Below are positions 1-9,467 of a stretch of 20,000 nt of DNA, piece after piece. Each line of letters opens with the position of its first letter. Position 1 is the first letter of the stretch. The translations under genes and the position numbers were made by a program. Location: sequence record SRR31156797_961, one strand, 5' to 3'. The notes beneath the pieces are model-generated. The model had not been told where the DNA came from. It did not search any database and worked only from the letters and a program-made list of their open reading frames with translations.

Positions 1-1
1 C

Positions 2-292
2 AAACCGGTATCTTATGATAAACTGGACAAAATCATCGAAACCATGCAGGAATACCCCAATGCAAAGTTTGCAATAGAAGGCCATACCGATAATGTTGGC
101 ACAGATAAGGTAAACCAGACAATTTCAGAAAGCCGCGCCTATGCGGTCAGACAGTACTTTGTTGACAAAGGAATTAATCCCGACAGATTAACATTTAAGG
201 GATATGGCGAATCACGTCCAAGAGACACGAATGATACCGTGTCAGGCAGAGCCAAAAACAGGCGCGTGGAAATCAGGCTCATTCAACAGTAA
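2..292 (+). CDS. OmpA-family C-terminal peptidoglycan-binding domain protein (5'-truncated by window edge)
   Basis: Frame is open from position 2 (KPVSYDKLDKIIETMQEYP...). OmpA_C motifs IEGHTDNVG, NQTISESRA, KGYGESRP and NRRVEI are present. Confidence 0.93.
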   Translation, partial: KPVSYDKLDKIIETMQEYPNAKFAIEGHTDNVGTDKVNQTISESRAYAVRQYFVDKGINPDRLTFKGYGESRPRDTNDTVSGRAKNRRVEIRLIQQ

Positions 293-445
293 AATGAAAT
301 CACTAAGGATAGCGCATCAGCATCAGGCTTTTCAATAATTACAAATGTGTGAATTATGTAAATTTTTGAAGAACTTTTGTAAGACAATTTGAGGCTGGTG
401 GGCTTTCCTTTGTAAAATAGTTTAATCATTGTAACAAAAGAAATC

Positions 446-601
446 ATGTCACACGAAAAAGTATCAAAAGAAAAGTCAGGTAAAAAGGTAGCTGCCAAAA
501 ACCTGAAGGAAAAACGCGCTGCCAAAGCGGCAAAACGTGATGAAAAAAAATCCGGGTTCAAAATTGAACTCGCTGCTCCGGTATCAAAAACAAGAAAATA
601 G
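446..601 (+). CDS. Small Lys/Ala-rich basic protein, 51 aa (not in the ORF track)
   Basis: ATG at 446 after an A-rich leader, TAG at 599-601. Translation: MSHEKVSKEKSGKKVAAKNLKEKRAAKAAKRDEKKSGFKIELAAPVSKTRK. Co-directional with both neighbours. Confidence 0.7.
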   Translation: MSHEKVSKEKSGKKVAAKNLKEKRAAKAAKRDEKKSGFKIELAAPVSKTRK

Positions 602-720
602 CAGCGCATGTTTTTTTTCAAATGTAGTACATTTCCATTGGCTTCGTATCTGACCGGCACAGCACAAAAAGCCGGGGCGTAAGCGAAAAGCAATAAGAAT
701 TAAAATTAATTATATGAACA

Positions 721-1122
721 ATGAAAAATCTTAAAATCGCATTGCTGTTTTTTGCCATACTATTCATGGCCTCCTGCACAGATAAAGTAAAATTCCCGGT
801 TTCAAATGTCACCCCTTCGGCTGATATAACGGCCAGTTTTGAGAAAGACAAAAACGGAAATTACGAGATTTCTATCACCGCAAAAAATCTGGCTTCGGCC
901 GATCGATTGAATCCACCTCAAAAAGTGTATGTTGCCTGGATTGTCAAAGATAAAGGAGGAATATTAAACCTGGGTCAGCTAACGCATAATAATGCAAGCA
1001 CAGTTTCTTTCGAAACCCTTACATCCCAGGAGTTTTCAGAGGTTTTTATAACTGCTGAGCAGAATGGGAATATTTCTTTTCCGGAAGGGGTGGAGATATC
1101 CAGGATAAAATTTAAAAAGTAA
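721..1122 (+). CDS. Hypothetical lipoprotein
   Basis: Signal peptide with lipobox (MKNLKIALLFFAILFMAS-C), AT-rich start context, beta-rich mature region containing VYVAW and NLGQL. Confidence 0.8.
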   Translation: MKNLKIALLFFAILFMASCTDKVKFPVSNVTPSADITASFEKDKNGNYEISITAKNLASADRLNPPQKVYVAWIVKDKGGILNLGQLTHNNASTVSFETLTSQEFSEVFITAEQNGNISFPEGVEISRIKFKK

Positions 1123-1342
1123 AATCATTTTGCCTGACCTGTTAATATGGTTAGCGGCAAAGTAAATTTCGGGGTTTACTACTGCCGGCGCTGTAAATGT
1201 TCGGTTCCCCTTTTATAACTCCCCTTATAATTCTCCCCCTGTCTCGGGTGAAAGATGAACTCCTTTCAGAGTTCATCTTACCCGGTCAGGAACAATTGGA
1301 AACACACCTCACAAAAAGTATCAAACGCTACAGAAAGTTAAT

Positions 1343-1693
1343 ATGGAACATACAGAACAGGAAAAATCGAAATCCTTCATTATTGTTGAGATCATTGAAT
1401 ACGTTCCAAATTCAGTGGTAATCAAAACGATAATCAAGAAAACAACAGGCAATGTAAGCGCGGTATCTTTTGATTCCGGTGAAACATTAACCGATAGAAT
1501 GTCGCCTTTTGACAACTTCATTCAGATCATCGATGGAAGTGCTGAAATCATCATCGACCGGAAAAGCAGCAAGCTCAAAACCGGTCAATCCATCATCATA
1601 CCGGCGCATGCTTATAATACGATCATGGCAAAAGAACGTTTTAAGATGATTACAACCATCATAAAAAGCGGGTATGAAGAGGTGAGTGTATAA
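1343..1693 (+). CDS. Cupin domain protein
   Basis: Cupin barrel pattern SFDSGETL...FIQIIDGSAEIII...LKTGQSIIIPAH. Most canonical metal-binding His residues are absent. Confidence 0.85.
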   Translation: MEHTEQEKSKSFIIVEIIEYVPNSVVIKTIIKKTTGNVSAVSFDSGETLTDRMSPFDNFIQIIDGSAEIIIDRKSSKLKTGQSIIIPAHAYNTIMAKERFKMITTIIKSGYEEVSV

Positions 1694-1901
1694 GAATGCT
1701 TTTAAATGTTATGCGCAGATTATTTCTCAGATAACTGGTCAACTGCTTCGTAGTCGTCAAGATTGCACAAATGTTTGATGATGATTGAACCGACGACAAC
1801 TCGTGGGTTTATTGGTGGACGACCTGTTGGACTGACACCTACCTGCTTGAGGTTCACTCATATGTTGACTCGAAGTCATCGTATGAGTAACAAAAACCGG
1901 A

Positions 1902-4661
1902 TCATTTGAGTACCACCTTTTTCATGCAACCGCCTGCTTCATTTTCAATCCAGAAAAAGTAAATGCCTTTGGGTTGCGATGCTATGTTGATCTCGGTATC
2001 CGAAGTTATTTGGGTTTCCTGAACCGTTTGCCCCTTGGTATTCAGGATGGTGAGTCTGGCGGGATTTCCTGTTTTGCTTAATGAAATATTGAACCGGCCA
2101 CTACCCGGATTTGGAAATACCTGAACTGCAGATACGGTTGATGCATCAGCCCCGGTACTGAAAATTTTCCCGGGTAATACGGTTTCCCAAAGCCCCCGCC
2201 CAAAAGTGCCGGCACGCAGTTTTTGGCCGGTATAATTCACCTCTAACCAGTTTACAATCACGGCAGGGAGGTTTTCCGAAAACGGCTCCCATTGATCCAT
2301 GTCTGCATCCCTGAAATATACACCCACATCCGTTCCCACAAAAAGAGCATCATCACTTCCGTTTACATGAACAATGCAATTTACCGGCAGATTGGGCAGC
2401 CCTTCGTTCATGTCAGTCCAGTTTAATCCGTCGAAAATCTTCACTTTATAATTCTGGAGGTAACCACTGTAAGAAACCCATATTTTTTCAGGATTGGAGC
2501 TGCTAACGGCAATGTCGGTTACAAAATAGGTTCCATCTTCATTTCCGGGTGTTGGCGGGGTGATGTCTGTCCAGCCTGAAGCATTCAGGCCCCCTCCGGA
2601 GTTTGTTTGGAAAACCCTTACCGCATCAAAATCGGTTACCCAGCTATCCAGCTTGACAGATGAAAAATAAATGTAATCCGGATTAGCTGGTGCAATTTCC
2701 AAAGCATAAATGGCGCTGTTGAAGTTGTTCCAGCCTTCGGGTAAAATGGTGTTAACATCGGTAATTTTGTACCAGTCGGCTGGCACGGAGGCAGGGGCAT
2801 CATCCACTTTCCAGAGGTTTATCCTGGCCTGAAAAAGCGTTTTGTTGTTAAAGGGATCGGCAACCAGTGAAGCGCCAAACCAGGAGGATTCGTTTACAGC
2901 AGGATCATAGCCAATCATACTGAAATCCCACTTGGGATTTTCAAAGCTTTGACCCGACCGGAAAATGGATCCATTAAACGGATAGCTTACCGTGGCATAC
3001 ATCAGGTTCTGGTCGTCTTTGTCCATAAGGCATTCGAAACCATCAGCATTATTAATTTCGGTGAACCACTTGCCGCCTGTGCGATAGAAAATTCCCAAAT
3101 CCTGACAACCCATCATAACCTGGTCAGGGTCGATGGCTGAGCTTCCCAGGTTGTAAATGGTTGATAACCCCAATCCATTGTTTAGCTCTTCGGTTGAATT
3201 GAATTTGGATTCGGATTCAAAAACCCGCTGATTATAAGCCCGTTTAAAACTACCGCCATCTGTAAATGCTTCGGGTATGTTTAAGTCCTGTTTAAACAGA
3301 CCGCCATCTGTACCCACAAAAAGGACATTTTCTTCCCAGGGTGAAAAGGCAAGCTCATGGTAATCCACGTGCGCGTTCAGGATTAGGATTTTCCACCTTT
3401 CATCAGGATTACTGCAATCCTTGATATAAGGCCTCACGCCGGCAGTATAAAGGGTTTCTGAGTTTGACGGGGATACGACCATTTCATTTCGCCCGCCTGT
3501 GATGGGTGCACGGCCTCCGGAATTAATGGTTGCGTTGAGTTCTGTCCAGGTTTCAAGAGCAATATCATATTGATAGAAATAAAAATGTGAAGCCGATTGC
3601 CAGTTGTAGGGAGGTGGTGTATCGCGGGTCATACAGTTGATGTAGAGGTAGTCACCCTGAGGTGCAACAGCTAAATTGCATACATGCACATATTCTTCGC
3701 CACCAAACTGCGCTGCCCATGGGGTATTTGTGAAATCCAGCCCGCTGCCGGGTAGAGCAATGCGCTGCCATGATCCTGACTGGCCAAGCTGTTCAGAAGA
3801 AATAATATCGGTTCCGGAAGCAAACAGGATATTTAAATCATCAGGATGGAAATCCATATTCCTGATTAATTCGTATTCATTATTCACCGATGGATAGACT
3901 TTGCTCCAGGCCGGATTTTGAGCGTTGCGGTTTTCTGTTCTGAAAATGCCCAGTGAGGTAGCTGCAAATGCAAGGGATTGATTTTGTGGATGCAGCAGCA
4001 CTTTACCGATGGTGAATGCTGTATCCAGGTTGTTCAGGCCTGCCGGCTGCCAGTTTTCGCCGGCATCATCCGACCGGTAAACGCCTATTGACCAGGTCCA
4101 CTCGCTGTCCACATCCCCGGTTCCAAGGAAAATAATTTCAGGATTTTGTGGGTCGGGTGCAATAGATGAAACACCAAGGAAAGGCAGCTGAGAATCGGTG
4201 TTCAGGTTTACCCAGTTTTGTCCGGCATTGTAGCTCACCCAGGCTCCTCCTGATGGCGCCCCAACGTACATCGTATTGGTGTCGGTAGGGTGAAAAGCGA
4301 TGGCGTCGATGCGGCCGGTGCCTCCAAGCCCATTCTTTTTGGGGCCCAGTTCCACCCAGTTGGATTCCAGTTTTTCTGAAGTTCGTTTTTCCGGACAGTA
4401 GTTTTGAAGGTAGTTGTGCTGGTGATTTACTGCTTTGGTGAAATCGTAATCCGGCATCAGCCGTGGCCCCCAGAACTTTTCCAATCTCCTGAACTGGTTG
4501 TGCTCGCTGCTTTCATCGTATTTTCCATTATCCCCGTTAAAATTATTGTAATAGGATTGCTGGATTTCTTCGAAGTTGTGGCCGCAATTCTTTTGTGCAT
4601 TTGCAGTAGGGGCTGCAATCAGGAATATTACAATGAGTAAAATTGTGTTTCCGGGTTTCAT
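1902..4661 (-). CDS. Secreted BNR/VPS10-like beta-propeller protein with T9SS type A sorting domain (919 aa from ATG 4661)
   Basis: Signal peptide MKPGNTILL...ANA/Q. Motifs WVELGP..GTGRIDAIAFHP, Asp-box repeats (SYNAGQNW, SDDAGENW), AGTFGRGLW, and CTD VFPNP...GIYF...KKVVLK. The track's start at 4706 lies next to the upstream terminator and upstream of the -7 box. Confidence 0.88.
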   Translation of the reverse strand: MKPGNTILLIVIFLIAAPTANAQKNCGHNFEEIQQSYYNNFNGDNGKYDESSEHNQFRRLEKFWGPRLMPDYDFTKAVNHQHNYLQNYCPEKRTSEKLESNWVELGPKKNGLGGTGRIDAIAFHPTDTNTMYVGAPSGGAWVSYNAGQNWVNLNTDSQLPFLGVSSIAPDPQNPEIIFLGTGDVDSEWTWSIGVYRSDDAGENWQPAGLNNLDTAFTIGKVLLHPQNQSLAFAATSLGIFRTENRNAQNPAWSKVYPSVNNEYELIRNMDFHPDDLNILFASGTDIISSEQLGQSGSWQRIALPGSGLDFTNTPWAAQFGGEEYVHVCNLAVAPQGDYLYINCMTRDTPPPYNWQSASHFYFYQYDIALETWTELNATINSGGRAPITGGRNEMVVSPSNSETLYTAGVRPYIKDCSNPDERWKILILNAHVDYHELAFSPWEENVLFVGTDGGLFKQDLNIPEAFTDGGSFKRAYNQRVFESESKFNSTEELNNGLGLSTIYNLGSSAIDPDQVMMGCQDLGIFYRTGGKWFTEINNADGFECLMDKDDQNLMYATVSYPFNGSIFRSGQSFENPKWDFSMIGYDPAVNESSWFGASLVADPFNNKTLFQARINLWKVDDAPASVPADWYKITDVNTILPEGWNNFNSAIYALEIAPANPDYIYFSSVKLDSWVTDFDAVRVFQTNSGGGLNASGWTDITPPTPGNEDGTYFVTDIAVSSSNPEKIWVSYSGYLQNYKVKIFDGLNWTDMNEGLPNLPVNCIVHVNGSDDALFVGTDVGVYFRDADMDQWEPFSENLPAVIVNWLEVNYTGQKLRAGTFGRGLWETVLPGKIFSTGADASTVSAVQVFPNPGSGRFNISLSKTGNPARLTILNTKGQTVQETQITSDTEINIASQPKGIYFFWIENEAGGCMKKVVLK

Positions 4662-4681
4662 GGTGGAAATTTTTAGTTCTC

Positions 4682-4689
4682 CAAAATTA
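4682..4689 (-). promoter_or_regulatory. Bacteroidota sigma-A -7 element (TAATTTTG)
   Basis: Exact TAnnTTTG on the minus strand about 20 nt upstream of ATG 4661. Confidence 0.55.
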
Positions 4690-4701
4690 CGATTTCCTGC
4701 A

Positions 4702-4741
4702 AACAAAAAAGGTGGTTTGCACGGATTGGCAAACCACCTTT
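4702..4741 (-). terminator. Intrinsic terminator after the C25 peptidase gene
   Basis: Minus strand reads AAAGGTGGTTTGC-caatccgt-GCAAACCACC-TTTTTTGTTT, about 22 nt after the stop at 4764. Confidence 0.85.
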
Positions 4742-4763
4742 ATGATGTTTTATTTAGTTCAGC

Positions 4764-7700
4764 TTATTCAACCACTACTTTTTCAACAAAAGTTTTTTCA
4801 TCGGTTTGCATGTGGATGAAATATATTCCTTTTGCGTGTGATGACAGGTCTATCATGGTTTCTGCATATGCAAGTTGATCCAAAATCAACCTTCCGAATG
4901 CGTTGTAAATTTTGAGTTCAGCATTTTCGATGCCTTCCGGGATTGAAATGGTAAACCGGCCCTGGTTAGGATTTGGTGATATGGTGAAATCCTTTTCAGA
5001 AATCTCTTCAAAGCCAGGAGTCAGGTCAATCATAATTTCCAATGATTCAGAAAACGCACTTTCACCACATGCATTTACCGATCTTACATGAAGAAGAGCG
5101 GTACCACTATAACCTGCCGGAAATGAAACTGTGATTTCATTGGTATTTCCATCAATAACACCAGCATCCTCTGGTATAATTTCCCAGATGTATTCCTGGA
5201 TGCCTGTTATTTCAGCAGTGATATAAGTTTCGGTTTGTGGATAATTGGAATTTATAAAAATGGGGCCGTCGGGCATCCCGGGGGTTTGTGGGTTGTCATG
5301 GATATAAAGCATCACGTCATCACTTACCGTTCCTCCACTCATGCCATCGGCAGTAACTGAAAGCATCACCTCGCCGTTCTGGATATCCTGGCTGCCTGGT
5401 GTATACGTTGGTTTCATCATATTTGTGTTATTGAATTCACCGTCACCATTGGTACTCCATGTAATACCCTGCACAAAGTATCCGGTAGCATCGGGCTGGA
5501 AGGTCTCGCCCTGGCATATGTTGCCGTCATCGCCGGCATTCATCGTGGCCTGTGCCAGTGGGGGGAACAGGATAAAGTCGATCCATGCGCAGTCGTTGCC
5601 ACTTTGAACGCCCTGATCTTTTTCATAAGCCCAGCGTAGGGTGTGCATTCCGGCGGGTACAACATATTCAACCAGCTGCCAGGCTTCCTCGCCCGACCAC
5701 TGGCCTTTCAGTGAATTATCTACATAAAAGCTGAGGTAATCGTAGTTGGATTCCGAAGAAACCTTGCGGTAAAACGAAATGGTGTCGGTTTGCAGGATCA
5801 TGATATCCAGCGAAATTTCGCTGTTGGCGTTATTGCCGATTGCACCAGACTTGATGCAGTAGCTTCCTTCCCACGGATCGTCGGTGCAGATCTCCCAGTC
5901 GGCGTTGCCGGAGAATTCCCAGTTGTGGGCTGAGAAGTCTCCGGTTTCGAAATTCTCGCTGATGGTACCCAAATCAAAAGTGTAGTTCCGTGTGATTTGA
6001 TAAGCACCCGCTGAAACATCGGCAAAAACTTTGGCCACATCTCCTGTGGCTGCATCTTCGCTGATCAGCACTTCAAATCCCATGGTGCCGTTTTCGTTCA
6101 CGCCAAGTGCAGGGCAGTCCATCGTTCCGGAAACAACGGTGATAAACTCATTCATGGCTTCCAGTTCCATCACGATATCCGGCGACAGGCAATGGCCCTG
6201 GTTCATCAGTTCAAATTCAAGTATGGCTGTTTCGCCCGGATCAAGCATGCTGTTGCCATTTCCGCCATCAAAATCATCTATCGTAATATTGGTGAAGTTT
6301 AACGCGGGTGCACAGGCAACAATATCAAAATCAGAATTCCAGGTATCCTGACCGATAGCATTAACCTCAATTTCGATGTTATGAAGATCCGGGATGTCAT
6401 CTGCAATAATCACTTCAAAAGCGTTTTCGATGGTGATGATCTGGCCGGGATCAAAATCGCCAAATTCTACGGCAAGGTAGGGGATGTTGATGAAAGGATC
6501 AAGCGAACTCAGTGTAACTGTGACTCCCTCAGCTGATTGGTTTCCTACATTTTCAAGTGACAGGCTCAGCTCGATTGTTTCACCAAAATCTGCTTCACCA
6601 TTGTTATTTCCAGAAGCATCGTTAATTTCAAAAGCATCAAAAATCACATAGGGCTGGTCGGTGATAACGGCAATATTTTCAGTGTACGTTGTTTTGTTGT
6701 GTGCTGTGATGAAAACATCGATGATTTCGTTTGAGGCCAGAGGATAGAAAAATTCAACATCAACGTCACCGGATTCATCAGCCACGCCACGGCCAATAAG
6801 TATCCCGTCCTGTACCAGGCCCACCCGGGCAAATGGCGCGTCAGTTGAAACGCTGATCTCGCCCGAACCGATGGGTAAAGCATCGGGGTGGCTGGCCGAA
6901 ATTGCCGTTGGCTGTGCCGTCCAGATATCCATGGTTGGGTCACCAAACAATGTGATTTCATAGGCACACCAGCGGATGACTCCACTGCTGAGAATCCTTG
7001 CGGTGTTATCCTCACGCGAATCACTGTTGGCAACGCCAATCTGGGTCATATCCTCACCAAAAATGGCATCATAAAATTCACGGTCGAGATATTGTGATGC
7101 GCCATTCGTGTTGCCCGGTGAGTACCAGCCATATCTCGAGTTACCAAGTGTAGCCACTTCGGCTGTGGCAAGCACAGTAATATTTTCGCTAAAACAATCA
7201 CCGGAATATCCACCACCTGATCCGCGGTTATCGAAAGCCCCGTTGTAGCATCCCTGCGAATAGCCAATCACAAATCCACGCGAGATTCCATCATTTTGGA
7301 AATTTGAAACCGTAATGTCATTGTTATACATTTTCATGTTATAACTTGTTGAGCTGTGCCCCAGGTGATTCAGCAGGTGACAACCCACATTGTTGAACTC
7401 ATTGAAAACATCGTTTTTGTTCCAGTTCGACAGTTTCTCGTATAGCTTGTTGATGTTAAAATTATCAGAAACCCCGGCAGTTGTATATCCAAAACTGGAA
7501 CTTCCATAAACAACATCATCTTTGGAATCACCGCCCCAGGTTTGTTCATCAAGGGCTTCACCGACCATAAGCGACATTTCGATGTCTTCAACAACCGGTG
7601 TTTCCTGGTACTTGATTAATTTGTTGATCATATTTGATATTTCGGTTGGCGAGTCCACGCACATCCTGCCTATCATCACCTCGGCATATATGTCTTCTTC

Positions 7701-8726
7701 GCCCGGTTCGCCCCACCAACTGTTGTTGTTGCTGTTCCAGTTGCCGTCGAGACAGCAGTAGTACATGTCGGAAGGTAAATCGTCGTCAACGTTACCGCCG
7801 CCACCTGTTGTAACATAAAATCCACGGTGTGGAACTATCCGGCTACTGGCATTGTTTGGGTCGGCATCGCCACCGAGGATCACGTAAGTAAGGCCATGGT
7901 TTTCATAATAGTCGATGATGCAGTTGCGGATCATCTCCTGATCGTCATCCCCGGGGTAGCTATTGTAAATATCTTCAACGGTTACCACCTGAATGGCAAA
8001 TCCCCGTTCGGTTTTATAATCAATATAGGTCTGGAAAACATCTACAAAACTTTCTTTGGTAATCAGTAGAATATCAATGTTTTCATCGCGGGTAGGAGCG
8101 AATGAATATCCGGAAATCATTTCAGGGTTTTCCACCAGGTTTGCAATGCGCTTTTGCGTGAGTGGGTTTGTGTGTCCCGATCTTATATCAGCCCTGGCGA
8201 TGGGTTCTGTTTCAATTTCGAGGGTGATCTCTTCGAGGCACCTCACCATATTTTGTGCCGGGAAATATTCCATCGGGTTAATTCCTATAACTGCTATGGA
8301 GTAACCACCCAGGAATTGTGTGCTTTGAATACCAATTGTTTTCGCAGGAAAGGGTTGGTCAGTATTGTAAATAGACAAATCAGCCACCGGCCGGTAATTT
8401 GCCGGAGCCGGTTTCGAAATCGGGAACTGGCGGCTGGCAGGCAGGATTTTTATGTTACCGATGTCATTTCTGTAAGTGGCAGATTTAACATGAACGGATT
8501 TGATTTGCGTACCCTGGGGGAGCAGGATTTCAGTGCTGTAGGATGGTAGCAGAGGCTGTCCTTCTTCGCCAAGGTTAAAGCAGTTTTGTAGTTGTGGTTC
8601 AACATACCCATCATATTTTTCGATGAATTTGGGTGTGTGGAAGTTAAAGGTTTGTGTGAGTGTTTGTGCATTCATGCATATGGAAAAAAACATGAACGTT
8701 GAGAGTAGAAAGATTTTAGATTTCAT
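4764..8726 (-). CDS. C25-family (gingipain-like) cysteine peptidase with propeptide, Ig-like/accessory domains and T9SS sorting domain
   Basis: Signal peptide; propeptide GQPLLP; YVILGGD; SDMYY; IGRM; putative catalytic His (NHLGHSS) and Cys (SQGCYNGAFD); LFGDP; CTD ISPNPNQGRF...KGIYF...EKVVVE. Confidence 0.93.
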   Translation of the reverse strand: MKSKIFLLSTFMFFSICMNAQTLTQTFNFHTPKFIEKYDGYVEPQLQNCFNLGEEGQPLLPSYSTEILLPQGTQIKSVHVKSATYRNDIGNIKILPASRQFPISKPAPANYRPVADLSIYNTDQPFPAKTIGIQSTQFLGGYSIAVIGINPMEYFPAQNMVRCLEEITLEIETEPIARADIRSGHTNPLTQKRIANLVENPEMISGYSFAPTRDENIDILLITKESFVDVFQTYIDYKTERGFAIQVVTVEDIYNSYPGDDDQEMIRNCIIDYYENHGLTYVILGGDADPNNASSRIVPHRGFYVTTGGGGNVDDDLPSDMYYCCLDGNWNSNNNSWWGEPGEEDIYAEVMIGRMCVDSPTEISNMINKLIKYQETPVVEDIEMSLMVGEALDEQTWGGDSKDDVVYGSSSFGYTTAGVSDNFNINKLYEKLSNWNKNDVFNEFNNVGCHLLNHLGHSSTSYNMKMYNNDITVSNFQNDGISRGFVIGYSQGCYNGAFDNRGSGGGYSGDCFSENITVLATAEVATLGNSRYGWYSPGNTNGASQYLDREFYDAIFGEDMTQIGVANSDSREDNTARILSSGVIRWCAYEITLFGDPTMDIWTAQPTAISASHPDALPIGSGEISVSTDAPFARVGLVQDGILIGRGVADESGDVDVEFFYPLASNEIIDVFITAHNKTTYTENIAVITDQPYVIFDAFEINDASGNNNGEADFGETIELSLSLENVGNQSAEGVTVTLSSLDPFINIPYLAVEFGDFDPGQIITIENAFEVIIADDIPDLHNIEIEVNAIGQDTWNSDFDIVACAPALNFTNITIDDFDGGNGNSMLDPGETAILEFELMNQGHCLSPDIVMELEAMNEFITVVSGTMDCPALGVNENGTMGFEVLISEDAATGDVAKVFADVSAGAYQITRNYTFDLGTISENFETGDFSAHNWEFSGNADWEICTDDPWEGSYCIKSGAIGNNANSEISLDIMILQTDTISFYRKVSSESNYDYLSFYVDNSLKGQWSGEEAWQLVEYVVPAGMHTLRWAYEKDQGVQSGNDCAWIDFILFPPLAQATMNAGDDGNICQGETFQPDATGYFVQGITWSTNGDGEFNNTNMMKPTYTPGSQDIQNGEVMLSVTADGMSGGTVSDDVMLYIHDNPQTPGMPDGPIFINSNYPQTETYITAEITGIQEYIWEIIPEDAGVIDGNTNEITVSFPAGYSGTALLHVRSVNACGESAFSESLEIMIDLTPGFEEISEKDFTISPNPNQGRFTISIPEGIENAELKIYNAFGRLILDQLAYAETMIDLSSHAKGIYFIHMQTDEKTFVEKVVVE

Positions 8727-8980
8727 TGTAAATTATTTGTATTTAGAAAAAAAGAACGGATGTTAGAGACCGTAAAATTAGGGAATTGGAACAAAATTCA
8801 TAGTGTTATATCTAATATAAAATCATTCTGAATAGCATAGAAAGTGTTATGGTTTGGTGGATGTATATAAAATGGCAAAGTTAAATTTCAAATTGCTAAT
8901 TATCACATCATGCATCTTCCCAAAATTGTTAAAGTGTTGTTAAACAGCATCCATGATCGCTGAAGCTACTAAAAGTGAGT

Positions 8981-8988
8981 TATATTTG
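8981..8988 (+). promoter_or_regulatory. Bacteroidota -7 element (TATATTTG)
   Basis: Exact TAnnTTTG about 72 nt upstream of the VOC gene ATG at 9061. Confidence 0.55.
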
Positions 8989-9060
8989 CTTACGATCAAA
9001 TTTTGCTTGTGATAAACCCCATAAGCAATGATAATTAACCATTAATAAATAATTTATACC

Positions 9061-9453
9061 ATGAAAGAACAGAAAAACAATGCAGTTGGTTGGTTTGAAA
9101 TTCCTGTGAATAATATGGACAGGGCCATAAAATTTTATGAAACTGTATTTGATACAAAATTAGAGCGAAACCAAATGGGACCGCTGGATATGGCCTGGTT
9201 CCCCTGGGTGGATAATGGCCTGGGAGCTGCTGGATCGCTGGTACACCATAAGGATATGTACAAACCTTCGCAGGGTGGTGTTGTAGTTTATTTTACCGCC
9301 CATTCAGGTGATCTTGCCAACGAGCTTGCCAGGATCGAACCTGCAGGAGGCAAGGTAATCCAACCAAAAACCCTCATCACCGAGGAGATTGGCTACATGG
9401 CACTTTTCATCGATTCGGAGGGTAACCGTATCGCGCTTCATTCACGGAAATAA
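9061..9453 (+). CDS. VOC (glyoxalase/bleomycin-resistance) family protein
   Basis: WFEIPV..MDRAIKFYETVF, AGGKVIQPKT and FIDSEGNRIALHS are typical VOC motifs. Confidence 0.92.
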   Translation: MKEQKNNAVGWFEIPVNNMDRAIKFYETVFDTKLERNQMGPLDMAWFPWVDNGLGAAGSLVHHKDMYKPSQGGVVVYFTAHSGDLANELARIEPAGGKVIQPKTLITEEIGYMALFIDSEGNRIALHSRK

Positions 9454-9467
9454 CAGGATAAGCTTTA

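Noticed and set aside
283-693. 136-aa minus-strand ORF and the many other 60-160-aa ORFs antisense to or nested in long genes
   Set aside because: These are shadow frames of well-supported genes with no recognisable motifs.
1185-1284. tRNA or tRNA-Sec, prompted by CTGTAAA, GTTCGGTTCCCC and a CTTTCA loop
   Set aside because: No cloverleaf can be built. Spacing, D-arm and acceptor stem are missing.
1197-1421. 74-aa plus-strand ORF
   Set aside because: It overlaps the cupin gene out of frame, runs through hairpins and has no protein-like motif.
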